Below, in pieces: positions 51,398-62,429 of a stretch of DNA of 64,000 nt (position 1 is the first letter of the stretch; every line of letters starts with the position of its first letter). The DNA is from Felis catus. Lineage: Eukaryota. Made by a program: the position numbers and the translations under genes. The notes under the pieces are model-generated. The model had not been told where the DNA came from, made no database searches, and was given only the letters and a program-made list of their open reading frames with translations. The stretch lies in the NCBI RefSeq assembly GCF_018350175.1, contig NC_058369.1:12402001-12466000 (forward strand). The letters run 5' to 3'.

Positions 51398-52115
51398 TTT
51401 TTCTTTTACCTTTTTTTTAAAGGTTTTATTTATTTTCTTGAGAGAGAGAGAGAGTGTGTGTGGGCAGGGGAGGGGCAGAGAGAGAGGTCAGCAGAGGAGC
51501 CAAAGCAGGCTCTGTGCTGACAGCAGTGAGCCCGATGTGGGGCTCGAACTCACAAACTGTGAGGTCACGACCTGAGCTGAATCAGATGCTTCACCAACTG
51601 AGCCACCCAGGCGCCCCAAGGTGGATCTCTTTTAAAAAGTGACCCCGAGGGGCGCCTGGGTGGCGCAGTCGGTTAAGCGTCCGATTTCAGCCAGGTCACG
51701 ATCTCTCAGTCCGTGAGTTCGAGCCCCGCGTCGGGCTCTGGGCTGATGGCTCGGAGCCTGGAGCCTGTTTCCGATTCTGTGTCTCCCTCTCTCTCTGCCC
51801 CTCCCCCGTTCATGCTCTGTCTCTCTCTGTCCCAAAAATAAATAAACGTTGAAAAAAAAAAAATTTAAAAAGTGACCCCGAGGGGCGCCTGGGTGGCTCA
51901 GTCGGTTAAGCGGCCGACTTCAGCTCAGCTCATGATCTCACGGTCCGTGGGTTCGAGCCCCGCGTCGGGCTCTGTGCTGACAGCTCAGAGCCTGGAGCCT
52001 GTTTCAGATTCTGTGTCTCCCTCTCTCTGACCCTCCCCCGTTCATGCTCTGTCTCTCTCTGTCTCAAAAATAAATAAATAAATGTTAAAAACAAAAAAAA
52101 AATTTTTTTTAAAAA
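51398..52115. mobile_element. SINE cluster: minus copy 51398-51617 plus two tandem plus copies 51649-51865 and 51882-52115
   Basis: Three consensus bodies; identical 16-bp taaaaagtgaccccga at 51633, 51866 and 52116. Confidence 0.95.
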
Positions 52116-52308
52116 TAAAAAGTGACCCCGAAATTCATTAGGGATGATATACCAAATTGTTCATCACAATATTATTTATGAAAGACAAAACCCGGAGACA
52201 ACTCAAGTTTCCATCAGCTGGGGACAAATTAAATTAATCACGACACATCATTACAATAACTTCTTTGCAGTTATTAAGAATGGTAACTGAAAAAAGAAAA
52301 AAAACACA

Positions 52309-53467
52309 GGGGCACCCGGGTGGCTCAGTCGGTTAAGCGTCTTGGCTTCAGCTCAGGTCATGAACTCATGGTTCGTGAGTTCGAGGCCCGATTCAGGAGG
52401 GCTGTCTGCTGTCAGCACAAACTCCACTTCCGATTCTCTCTCCCTCTCTCTGCCCCTCCCCCGCACATGTGCACATGTGCATGCACGCGTGCGCGCTCTC
52501 TCTCTCTCAAAAATAAACATTAAAAAAATAAAAGAACCGTAACTGTAGGAAAAAACACAGAAATGTATCATCAGATGAGAAAAGCAGGCTAGAACACACA
52601 AAGATACAATTTATGTCATGAAAATGTATGCCCCGTACCCAATGCGCATGCACAGAGAAAGAGCCAGAAAGATGTATACCTTGAGTGACGCCCTCTGCGG
52701 GAATGTGATTATTGGTAGTGGCATCCTTTCAAGTAAAGCCGTATATTACAATTTATCTACAATGAACATGCGTTGGTAGTAAGAAACTTTAGAATAAAGC
52801 AAACAATGGGGCGCCTGGGTGGCGCAGTCGGTTAAGTGTCCGACTTCAGCCAGGTCACGATCTCGCGGTCCGTGAGTTCGAGCCCCGCGTCGGGCTCTGG
52901 GCTGATGGCTCAGAGCCTGGAGCCTGTTTCCGATTCTGTGTCTCCCTCTCTCTCTGCCCCTCCCCCGTTCATGCTCTGTCTCTCTCTGTCCCAAAAATAA
53001 ATAAACGTTGAAAAAAAAAAAAAAAAAAAAAGAATAAAGCAAACAAAAGCCACTCCAGCTACCATAGTGGACCGGATGATGCAGCCTTCCTAGATACTCC
53101 AGAGTCACTGGTGAAGGGAGCCAGCGAAGGTCACAACGGTTATAGCAGTAGCATTTGTCAGAATGGACAAAGTACAAGTTCAAAGCACGTATGAGAGGGC
53201 CAAGGTCAAAGAGAGATTTACTGACACCAGGCAGTAATTAAAACTGAGCACCGTGGAGGCGCTCCTGGGCGCCTGTCGATTAAGCGTGTGACTCTTCGTT
53301 CCAGCTCAGGTCAAGATCTCACGGTCTGTGAGTTCGAGCCCCGCGTTGGGCTCCACACTGGCAGTGCAGAGCCTGCTTGGGATTCTCTCCCTGCCTTTCT
53401 CTCTCTCTGCCCCTCTGCCATTAGCGTGCGCATACTCTCTCTCTCAAAATAAATAAACTTAAAAAAC
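52309..53467 (+). mobile_element. Three further Can-SINEs (52309-52532, 52808-53030, ~53257-53467)
   Basis: Consensus bodies. The 52808 copy has a perfect TSD agaataaagcaaacaa; the last copy is followed by (CA)n at 53471-53508. Confidence 0.9.
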
Positions 53468-53582
53468 TTTACACACACACACACACACACACACATACAC
53501 ACACACACAACTGAGCACCATGGAGCCTGTCTGGCAACTCAGAACCCAAGCTGGCTTCTCCACCATCAAACAACATCATATC

Positions 53583-54033
53583 CAGGCATGTATCTCATTT
53601 TATCGCACTTCACTGACGCCGTGTTTTCTACAAACTGACGGTTTGTGGCAACTAGCTTCTTGGCACCATTTCCCCAACAGCGTCCAATCACTTCACGTCT
53701 CTGTGTCACATTGTGCTAATTCTCACCATTTTTCAAACTTTTTCATTATTACTGTATTTGTTTTGGTGATCTGTGATCAGAGATTATGGCTCACTGAAAG
53801 CTTAGATGACGGTTAGCGCTTTTTGGCCATCAAGTGGTTTTTAATTACGAATGCACGGGGTTTTTTTTTTTTTGATGTGATGCTTAATGTACAGTTACTA
53901 GACTAGAGTGTCTATAAACACAACTGTTATATGAATCGGGAAACCAAAAACTTGACTTAACTTGCTTTATTGCAATATTCGCTTTACTGTAGTGGTCTGG
54001 AACTGAACCCACAATATCTCCAAGGTTTGCCTG
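53583..54033 (+). mobile_element. Tigger1-derived non-autonomous element (TcMar-Tigger)
   Basis: TIRs caggcat...ctc / aggtttgcctg followed by TA. Internal ggtttgtggcaac and gtggtctggaactgaacccacaatatctcc match Tigger1 ends. Confidence 0.85.
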
Positions 54034-54118
54034 TATACCGTTGTATATAAGGAAAATGCTAGAAAGGCAATAGGAAGATAGGAAAAGGTTTGCTATGCTG
54101 GAAAACTGTTTCTAATTC

Positions 54119-54580
54119 TTTTTTTTAATGTTCATTTTTTGAGACAGAGAGAGACTGAACACTAGCAGGGGAGGGGCAGAGAGAGAGGGAGACAGAATTG
54201 GAAGCAGGCTCCAGGCTCTGAGCTGTCAGCACAGAGCCCGATGTGGAGCTTGAACTCGTGAACCGTGAGATCATGACTTGAGCCCAAGTCGGACACTTAA
54301 CCGACTGAGCCACCCAGGCACCCCTCTAATTTTTTAAAACCATACAATCGAGGGGCGCCTGGGTGGCTCAATCAGTCATGCGTCCAACTTCGGCTCAGGT
54401 CATGATCTTGTGGTCTGGGAGTTCAGGCCCCGCATCAGGCTCTCTGCTGTCAGCATGGAGCCCACATGGGATCCTCTGTCCCCTTCTCTCTCAGCCCTTT
54501 CCCTGCTTGTGCGCTCCCTCTTTCAAAACTAAATAAACATAAAAAAATGAAAAACAAAAAAAATAATAATAAAAACAAAA
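54119..54580. mobile_element. Head-to-head Can-SINE pair (54119-54324 minus; 54352-54580 plus)
   Basis: Two consensus bodies in opposite orientation, ~27 bp apart. Confidence 0.9.
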
Positions 54581-55638
54581 CCAATACAATTGCTCTTTAA
54601 AGGTGTGTGTGCACAAATGTAGGCAAAGGAGAGAAAATGCAGGCAGTGAGGACACCCACACCGAACATTTAAGCTTGCTGAACTTTCCAATCGCCCCAGG
54701 CAGATGGGACCCTCAGACCCCTTTTGGAGACTGGAAACTGAGGCAAGGAGTGGGGAAGCAAGCAGCCAAGGTCTCACTAGCAAGGAGCAGAGACGGGACT
54801 CGAACCCGCACCTAACTGACCCAGAAGCATGAGCGCTTAAATTCTGGGCAACCCTACGCACCCAAAACTCAAACGTCAATAATCTTTCACGTTAATGAGG
54901 GTTCTTGAAAAGCTTCCTCAAGATACACATCCATGAGACACAACTTTCAAAAGGTACAGCAGAGCCTCCGAAGCGATGCTGATGGGAGCTTAACAAGGAG
55001 ATAACAGTTCTCTGGGGAAAAAAATACAACTATTGAAACAAAATCTCAATGACAGCATTCTCTTCGCAGAGCGCGATTCACCCCCATAACATATGAATGC
55101 CTCTCCTCACCGAAACCTCAGCACCAGTCTGAATAAGGCGGCGAGGTTTCCTCGCACCACTGACACGGCTTGACGAGTGACCAGGCAAGATCTCGGCACA
55201 TCTGTTCCGGCTGACAAGGACACAGGCCTGGGCGAAGCTCGATTCGGCCGCTACGTTCCCCGGCGACTTACAAACCACACGCCCGGGTGTGACCAGGGAA
55301 TAAATTACACAAGCAGTGAAGGAGAATGACGTTGGCAAAGCAGCAGTGAGAGCGGATTTGGCCCTAGTCTAGCAAAACCCCGCTGCTGTCACCGGCTCTT
55401 TCTATACCGCCAAGAGTGGCCGGGTCAAAAATCACATTGGCCCAATTCCAGCCGCACATTTATTCACGCAAAATCTCAAAAGGGAAACCTAAATATTGCC
55501 TCTCTTCTGACTTTTTGACAGCCTCCGAAATGAATCCTCAGTGTTCCCCACAGTGTAGTTCACAACAACTCGGGCTGGAAGTCAACTAACTTCTTGGTTA
55601 AAAAATGTATAAACAAAAGATCCTTTTTAGAAATGAGC

Positions 55639-55644
55639 TTTATT
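55639..55644 (-). terminator. SMIM7: SMIM7 polyadenylation signal AATAAA (second candidate at 55459-55464)
   Basis: tttatt on the + strand, followed on the minus strand by a U-rich downstream element (ctttgtttatacattttt-like). Confidence 0.65.
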
Positions 55645-56686
55645 TTCAATGCGACTCAGTTCTGCAAGTCTACAGGTTTACTTGGTTACTTCTTCCTCCT
55701 GTCAGGTTTACCTACAAATCAGGATTTCAAAAACCACAAGGAACAAATCAAACACCGGCAGGATCTGGGTGCTGACCACCGGCATTTCGTCTTGGCAATA
55801 AAAGGCCTCCCTTTCAATGAAGATTCTGTGCAAAATGCTAGATTTCCTCGAGTGAGGCTCCTTGCTTTTCAACCTTGAAATCACTCACTTGAAAATCAGA
55901 CCCGGAATTCCAAACTTTGAGAACTGGGTCCTGATACCCCCCATGGATGGCACCCTCGTTCCGAAAATGATACAATTAATGGCCCCAAAAGTGACTTTAA
56001 CAGAGGGCTTCAAGGCAAGGCGAAGTTTCTCCTAACACCCACATCTGCCTGCTCTGTACCTCTCTTCCATGGGAATCGGTAATACTTCACCCTTAAAGTC
56101 CTGGGGATGACCTCAGCTGCACTGAGTGGCCAAGCAGAGCCCATCGAGACAGGAAAGGAATTTGGACACAGGCCCAGCAACAATGAACTTGCTTGTTATT
56201 CGTAAATACAGTCCAGTAAAGAGGTTCCATCAAACTCAAAAGCCAACCTTTCTGTTTCAGATCCCTGGATAAAAATGATTTTTTCAAAACTTGGGTAATT
56301 GGAACCAAAAAGGATGGTTGTTAAAAATAAACGGAGAAATATCCAGAAGTGGGTTTCTAGCGGAAGCTTGGAAGAAGAGGAATTCCAATCTAAAAAAACA
56401 ATCTAGACATGTTCTTTTATCCGTAGGGAATGCAGTGTTATCACATTCCCCTTCCATAAGCCCTCCTCAAACTCCTTAAGTAGTCAGCATTTCAGAGGAG
56501 AGACCAAAGTGAAAAGATCTTTGAAAAGAAAACAATGACGTGGCTGGGAAACCGTGTGCAGCTTGGCGAACATTTTTTTCCACCCACCACGAACTTGGGC
56601 TTTCTGGGAAGATCGCTGGTTTTCCAGTCAAAACCATTCTTGAAGTCATCAGGAACGGAGGAAGGGAGACCCGGCATCTGGGAAGG

Positions 56687-56714
56687 TGGTTCCTGGTTCC
56701 TGGTTCCTGGTTCC
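56687..56714. repeat. (TGGTTCC)4 tandem repeat in SMIM7 3'UTR
   Basis: Four perfect 7-mers, 22 nt after the stop codon. Confidence 0.95.
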
Positions 56715-56736
56715 CGGGAAGGCGTATATCTGGGGC

Positions 56737-56752
56737 TCAGGAGCCAAACAGC
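56737..56752 (-). CDS. SMIM7: SMIM7 last coding exon (V)LFGS* followed by 3'UTR
   Basis: ttttccag|G CTG TTT GGC TCC TGA. The phase fits the phase-2 end of the upstream exon and completes the known C-terminus IVLFGS. Confidence 0.93.
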
Positions 56753-56932
56753 CTGGAAAAGTCGGAGGGCAGAAATGTACATGAAGATGCGAACGAAGCA
56801 AAGCTATCGCTCTGAAAACACTTTCAGAAGATTTTTTTATGTTACTATTAAGATTATTTTGTATCCTTTATAATTTTGTAAGTGATTTTTCTGTTATGCA
56901 ACGTGAACATACTTAACACTACCAAACAGTAC

Positions 56933-57631
56933 ATTTTATTTTTTTTAATGTTTTTATTTATTTTGAGACAGAGACAGAGCATGAGCAGGGGAGGGGAAAA
57001 GAGAAGGGGAGACACAGAATCCGAAGCAGGCTGTCAGCACAGAGCCTGACGCGGGGCTTGAACTCACGGAGTGTGAGATCATGACCTGAGCTGAAGTCGG
57101 AGCTTAACCGCCTAAGCCACCCAGGCGCCCCCAAACAGTACATTTTAAAAAGAAGAAAGCTATTTAACAAAGTATCTACCTCATCAGAATCTGTAACATT
57201 TTAGCCCATTCTCTATTACTGCCAGTCAGTGATGACTTTCATAAATTAAAAAAAAAAAAAAAAAAGATATTAACGTTATTCCAGTGAAGGAAATCCTGAA
57301 CAGGGAAGGCTTGGAAACTGTACAAATGTCCATCAAGTTGAGAATGGGTATGTAAGTTATGACAGAGGTTTACTGGGGAAAACCACAGGGCTATTAAAAA
57401 GATATATATGGTGGGGGGTTGCCTGGGTGGCTCAGTTGGTTAAGCATCTGACTTTTGATTTCAGCTCAGGTCATGACCTCACAGTTCCTGAGTTCGAACC
57501 CTGCATCGGGCTCTGTGCTGACAGTGTGGAGCGTGCTTGGGATTCTCTCTCTCCCTCTCTCTCTCTGCCCCTTCCCTACTCTCATGTGTGTGCACGCATG
57601 CACTCTCTCTCTCTCTGAAAATAAACTTAAA

Positions 57632-57672
<41 letters not shown>
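56933..57672. mobile_element. Can-SINEs 56933-57131 (minus) and 57414-57633 (plus), then (CA)n 57634-57672
   Basis: Consensus bodies; TSD caaacagtacatttt around the first. Confidence 0.9.
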
Positions 57673-57677
<5 letters not shown>

Positions 57678-57759
57678 CTCTGTTACCTTTACGACATTTG
57701 TATAAATCCAAACTCTTTCCAAAATAAAAAGCCTTTTTGAAGAAAAAAAAAAAAAAAAA

Positions 57760-59160
57760 ACAGAAAGTGCAGGACCAACTGGATTACGACATATGCAAAA
57801 GAATGAAGCTGGATCCCTACCTCACACCATCTACAAGAATTAACTCAAAGTGGATCACAGACCTAACTATTAAAATTAAAATTAGAGAACTCTTAAAAGA
57901 AAACTTAAGCCTAAAGGTGCCTGGGTGGCTCAGTCGGTTGAGCATCTGACTCTTGATTTTGGCTCAGGTCACGATCTTGCAGTTTGTGAGTTTGAGCCCT
58001 GCTTCAGGCTTTGCGCTGACAGCGTGGAGCCTGCTTGAGGTTCTCTCTCTCCCTCTCTCTCTCTACCCCTCCCTTGCTTGCATGCTCTCTCTCTCAAAAT
58101 AAATAAATACACTTTTTTTTAAAAAAAAAAGAAGAAAGAAAAGAAAACTTAGGCTTAAATCTCCATGACCTCGGGCTAGGCAACAATTCCTTAGCTATTA
58201 CACAAAAAGCACAAGTGACAGAAGGAGAAATAGATTGGAGTCTACCAAAACTAAGATTTTTTTTTTGTGCTTCAAAGGACACCATCGAGAAATTGAAAAG
58301 ACAACTCCCAGAATGGGAGAAAATACTTGCAAATCACATATCTGATAAGGGACTGGGATCCACACTATAAAAAGAACTCTTACAACTCACTACTAACCCA
58401 ACTAAGAAATGGACAAAGGATCTACACATTTTTCCAAAGAAGATACACAAATGACCAATAGGCACATGACAAGACGCTCGACGTCATTCACCATCAGGGA
58501 AATGCAAATCAACCCTTACATCCGCTAAGACCGCTCGGCTCTCATCAAAAAGACCGACAATCGCAAGCGTTGGCAAGGGTGTGGGGAAACTGGAACCATC
58601 ATACGCTCCTGGTGGGAAGGCACACTACTGCAGTGACTTTAAAAAATAGTCTGGCAGAAGCTCAAAAGGATAAATATAGAGTGACCCTAAGACCCAGCAA
58701 TCTCACTCCTCGGTATTTACCAGACAGCCTTGAAAACGTGTGCGCGAATGTTTGTATCAACAATGTTGGAGACAGCCGAAAAATGGAAACATCCCAGATA
58801 GCCATCAACGGATGGATACAAAAACAAGCCGAGGCGCAGCCATACAATGGACTATTCTTTGGCCACAGAAAGGAATGCAGTGTTGACATGCCACGGCATG
58901 TCGGAACCTACGAGACATCACGCTGAGTGAAAGAAGCCAGACACAGAAGGGGCCACACACTGTTGCGATTCCATTTATGTGAAATACCCAGAACAGGCAG
59001 ATCCATAAAGAAAGCTGGAGGGAGGGGAGAACAGGCAGGAACTGCTTAATGGGTCCGAGGTTTCCCTTTCAGGGGTGATGAAAACGTCCTAGAATTAGAT
59101 GGCCGTGGTGGTTTCACAACCCTCTGAATATACGACAAAACGCTGAGTTGTGAACACCAA
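57760..59160 (+). mobile_element. L1 3' fragment (ORF2 end plus 3'UTR) with a Can-SINE inserted at ~57916-58140
   Basis: ICKRMKLDPYLTPSTRINSKWITDL is L1 ORF2-like; typical 3'UTR motifs (ctgagtgaaagaagccagacacagaagg, ggggtgatgaaaacgtcctagaattag). Confidence 0.88.
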
Positions 59161-59861
59161 CTTGCACTTTTGTACTTATTCATCCTTTTCCGTGGTTTTA
59201 CACGCTCGTGTTCTCCCGGTCTTCCTCTCCCCAATACTTCAGTATGAAGATTGCAACGTAGAGAAGACTTAACAGAACGGTTCAGTGAACACCCACGTGT
59301 ACACCACCTCCATTCTGCAATTAACACTCTGTTGTACAGGGTACCTGTCAATCTGTCTCCCTTATCTTTGATGTGTTCCCAAGTGAAGCTGCAGACGGTA
59401 ATACTCTCGGTCCCTAAACCTTCAGGCACGTTTCTCTCTGTATTTCAAGTTTTTCGTGCCTTTTTAAAATTTCCAAAGTAGCTCAGCTCAAGCAATACAG
59501 AAGTGGGTGCAGGGAACTGTGAACCACCCCCTCAGGCCCTGTTAACCTCGTCGGCGGTCACAGCATGGTCACCTCTGAGCAGGGTCACGTCTGCGGACAG
59601 CCTGGAGTAGATCCGTCCAACTCCTTGCCTGGAAGTCTCCCCACACACTTCAGGCATTTATTTAATGTTTACTGCGTGCAAATCACAACTGAGGCCAGAG
59701 TGTGCATTTAAGTGACATCCAGCCGCCTTTGCTTTCAAAACACTCCCCTGTGTAGACAGAAGTTTTAGCACACCATCAGCGATGGTAGCATAATGGTCGT
59801 ACGGGCGTCCTTTGAATTACCTGACTATTCCCCTGTTCTTGGACAGTTAGGTGATTTCCAG

Positions 59862-60104
59862 TTTTGTTTCGTTTTCTTTTTTTTGTAGCAAAAGTAGAAC
59901 AGCTTTTATTATTTAAAAAGCCTTTGTTACTTTGAACACATCTAAGGCCTTATTTTATTTATTTTTGAGAGACAGACAGAGCAAGCACATGAGTGGGGGG
60001 GGGGGGGCAGAGGGAGAGAGAGGGAATCTGAAGCAGGCTCCAGGCTCGGCACAGAGCCTGATGCGGGGCTCGAACCCACGACCCCGGGATGACGACCGGA
60101 GCCG
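59862..60104 (-). mobile_element. 5'-truncated Can-SINE plus extra 3' sequence and second A-tail, bounded by a 13-bp TSD
   Basis: aggtgatttccag at 59849-59861 and 60105-60117; AATAAA (minus) at 59910-59905; T-tract at 59862-59884. Confidence 0.75.
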
Positions 60105-61980
60105 AGGTGATTTCCAGCTTTTTAATATCCTGGGAAAGCCGGTCACTGCCTCCCTGACAGGGCCCTTTCTTAAAAAGATCTTCCCTCCCTGTGGCCCCTA
60201 CTGGAAGAGCCGGCCTAGGTCAGGGGTCGGCACACTCCCTGTGTAGCAAGTGGCTTGGGCTTTGCAGGCCAGGCGGTTCCCATCACAAGGTTTCAAGCGC
60301 TCCAGGGCAACCAAAAGCAGTCACAGAAATGGGTGTGGCCGCATGACAATAAAACATCAGGAAAACCAGGAAATAGATATGGCCCAAGGGCTGTGGTTCC
60401 CTGACTCAACCTAAGTGATTCTGCCGGCACCAGGACAACCCCAATCTAGTAGGACCTGGGTGACACCAAGCTAGGCCAATCAGGCTCTGCTCTCAGGAAG
60501 CAGAATCGGCACACTAGGCTACAGACTAAGCCAGCCTTGGGCTAAGCTGGAACGTCACAGAGCCTGAGGCTACTACCATCCTGGTCACCGGCCGGCAGAG
60601 GAGCAGTAAAGGAAGCTAGCTGGGAGAGAAGGATGATGAAGCCGCTGGACAGAAAAGAACAAAATGATAAAAACACACCGAGCTCGCCCCTGCCCCAGGA
60701 CCTTCGCGCGTGCTACGTCCAGTGCTACTGTGCTTCTCTTCGGTTCTGCAGATGGCAAGGCTGCCTCTCGTTCTTTAGGTTTTGATTTAAACAGCACTTC
60801 TCAGAGAGGCTCTTCCCGACCATTTCCCAAACTGGGAGCCTCCCATTTGCCTCATGAGTGAGGTTTTCCTATTTATTTGCTTTCTGTCCCTGTCCCATCT
60901 GCTATACTGTGTGCATTCACTGATGGCAAGGACTATGGCTGTCTTGGTCTCAGCTATAAGCCCAAGGCACAGCCCGTGCTGGATAGTTGTGAATGAATGA
61001 AGGAATGAATGAATGAATAGGTGGGAACGTGGAAAGACCGAGGCTGGAGGAGCACCCCCAACACTGTTCTACCTCCTGTGAACCGTAGTTATGCTTCCCA
61101 TGCTCTTCTGCAAATCCCCTGGGCTCTTCACGAGCCCTCTTTGTACCTGGACAGGCCTCAACCGAGCTCCCAAAGAGGGCCTCTCTGGGCATACATTGCG
61201 GTCCTCATTCTGGGCTCTAAAACACTTTCCAGTGACACAGTGAACCCCCCCCTCCCCCCATCTCCTAAGTCCTAAGTCCATCTCTAACAGCCACTGGACT
61301 GGCACAAGGTCCCCCCAGCAACCCTAAATTCAGCATCTCAATTATTCAGGACAGTCGATTTTCCTTCTCTCCCTCTTTAGGGTGAAGCAAGGGACCAGCC
61401 CAGCATGGACAAAATGCCAGATTCTCCTACTGTTTTTCCCGAGTCTGTTTACTAGGAGTCTCACAATTCATTAATAGCAGAATCAAAATTAAGGCCCCGC
61501 TGCTGGGAGGAAAACCAATCCGATTAGATTTGTTAAGCCTAATGAGGAAATGAAAAATGGGCACGAAAACAGAAAAAAGTCTGAAACCCTTCTGCTGCCT
61601 TCCAGCAGGGTAGGAAGCAGGGACCCAGCAGCACACTGGTCATTCAAGCCACATTTTCCACCCTGGCAAGACACCGAGCATACACTAAACACTGGCAAGA
61701 GGTAACAGGGCCAAGGCTCGAGGGAAGGTATCTCTTGGCAGCCTCTGCTGAGGTACCAGAAACAGCCAGGACTTGGAGAACACCGCGTTCCGGTCAAAGC
61801 TCCGGCCTAGACCACAGTGACACAGTCTAACCCGTGTAGACCCTGGGAGAGTTCTTATTTTGAAAGCAGAAAGCGTGACACAAAAGTGCCGACAGAGGAG
61901 ACAGGGAACGACCATCAGGTGGGTCGATCTGGAGAACGACACTGAGGATGACACGGAAGGGGACAGGCAGGCTGGACTTA

Positions 61981-62106
<126 letters not shown>

Positions 62107-62429
62107 TCACATGTCTGCTGTCACGGCTGCAGTGTGCTTCTGCAGTTTCCGCCCGCCCCCATCCCACTACCCCACGTTCCGGGGGCAGCACGGCTTTCCC
62201 TGTGGGTCGCCTCTGCTCCCTGACCCTTGGCATTCTGGCAGTAGCTGCCACTGACCAACCCCTGAGAGCACCCAGTCCCCAGTCTCTGATTGGCTCAGGG
62301 AGGGAACATGTGACCCAAGTCTACCCAATGAGAGTCAGTCCTGAGATTTTTTTGTCTCAACCACTGGGACGGAGGCATTTGCTTCCTGTCCATCTTTCTG
62401 GGCTAGGAAGTTGTAAGCCCAGTCCTTTG

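Larger units (their letters stand above)
55620..56736 (-). other. SMIM7: SMIM7 3'UTR (approximate end)
   Basis: Apparently repeat-free sequence between the stop codon and the AATAAA at 55644-55639. Confidence 0.7.

Noticed and set aside
51649..51730. tRNA-like A/B box sequences
   Set aside because: These are heads of tRNA-derived Can-SINEs, not tRNA genes.
51633..52131. Regularly spaced identical 16-mers (CRISPR-like array)
   Set aside because: Eukaryotic DNA; the repeats are target-site duplications and the spacers are SINEs.
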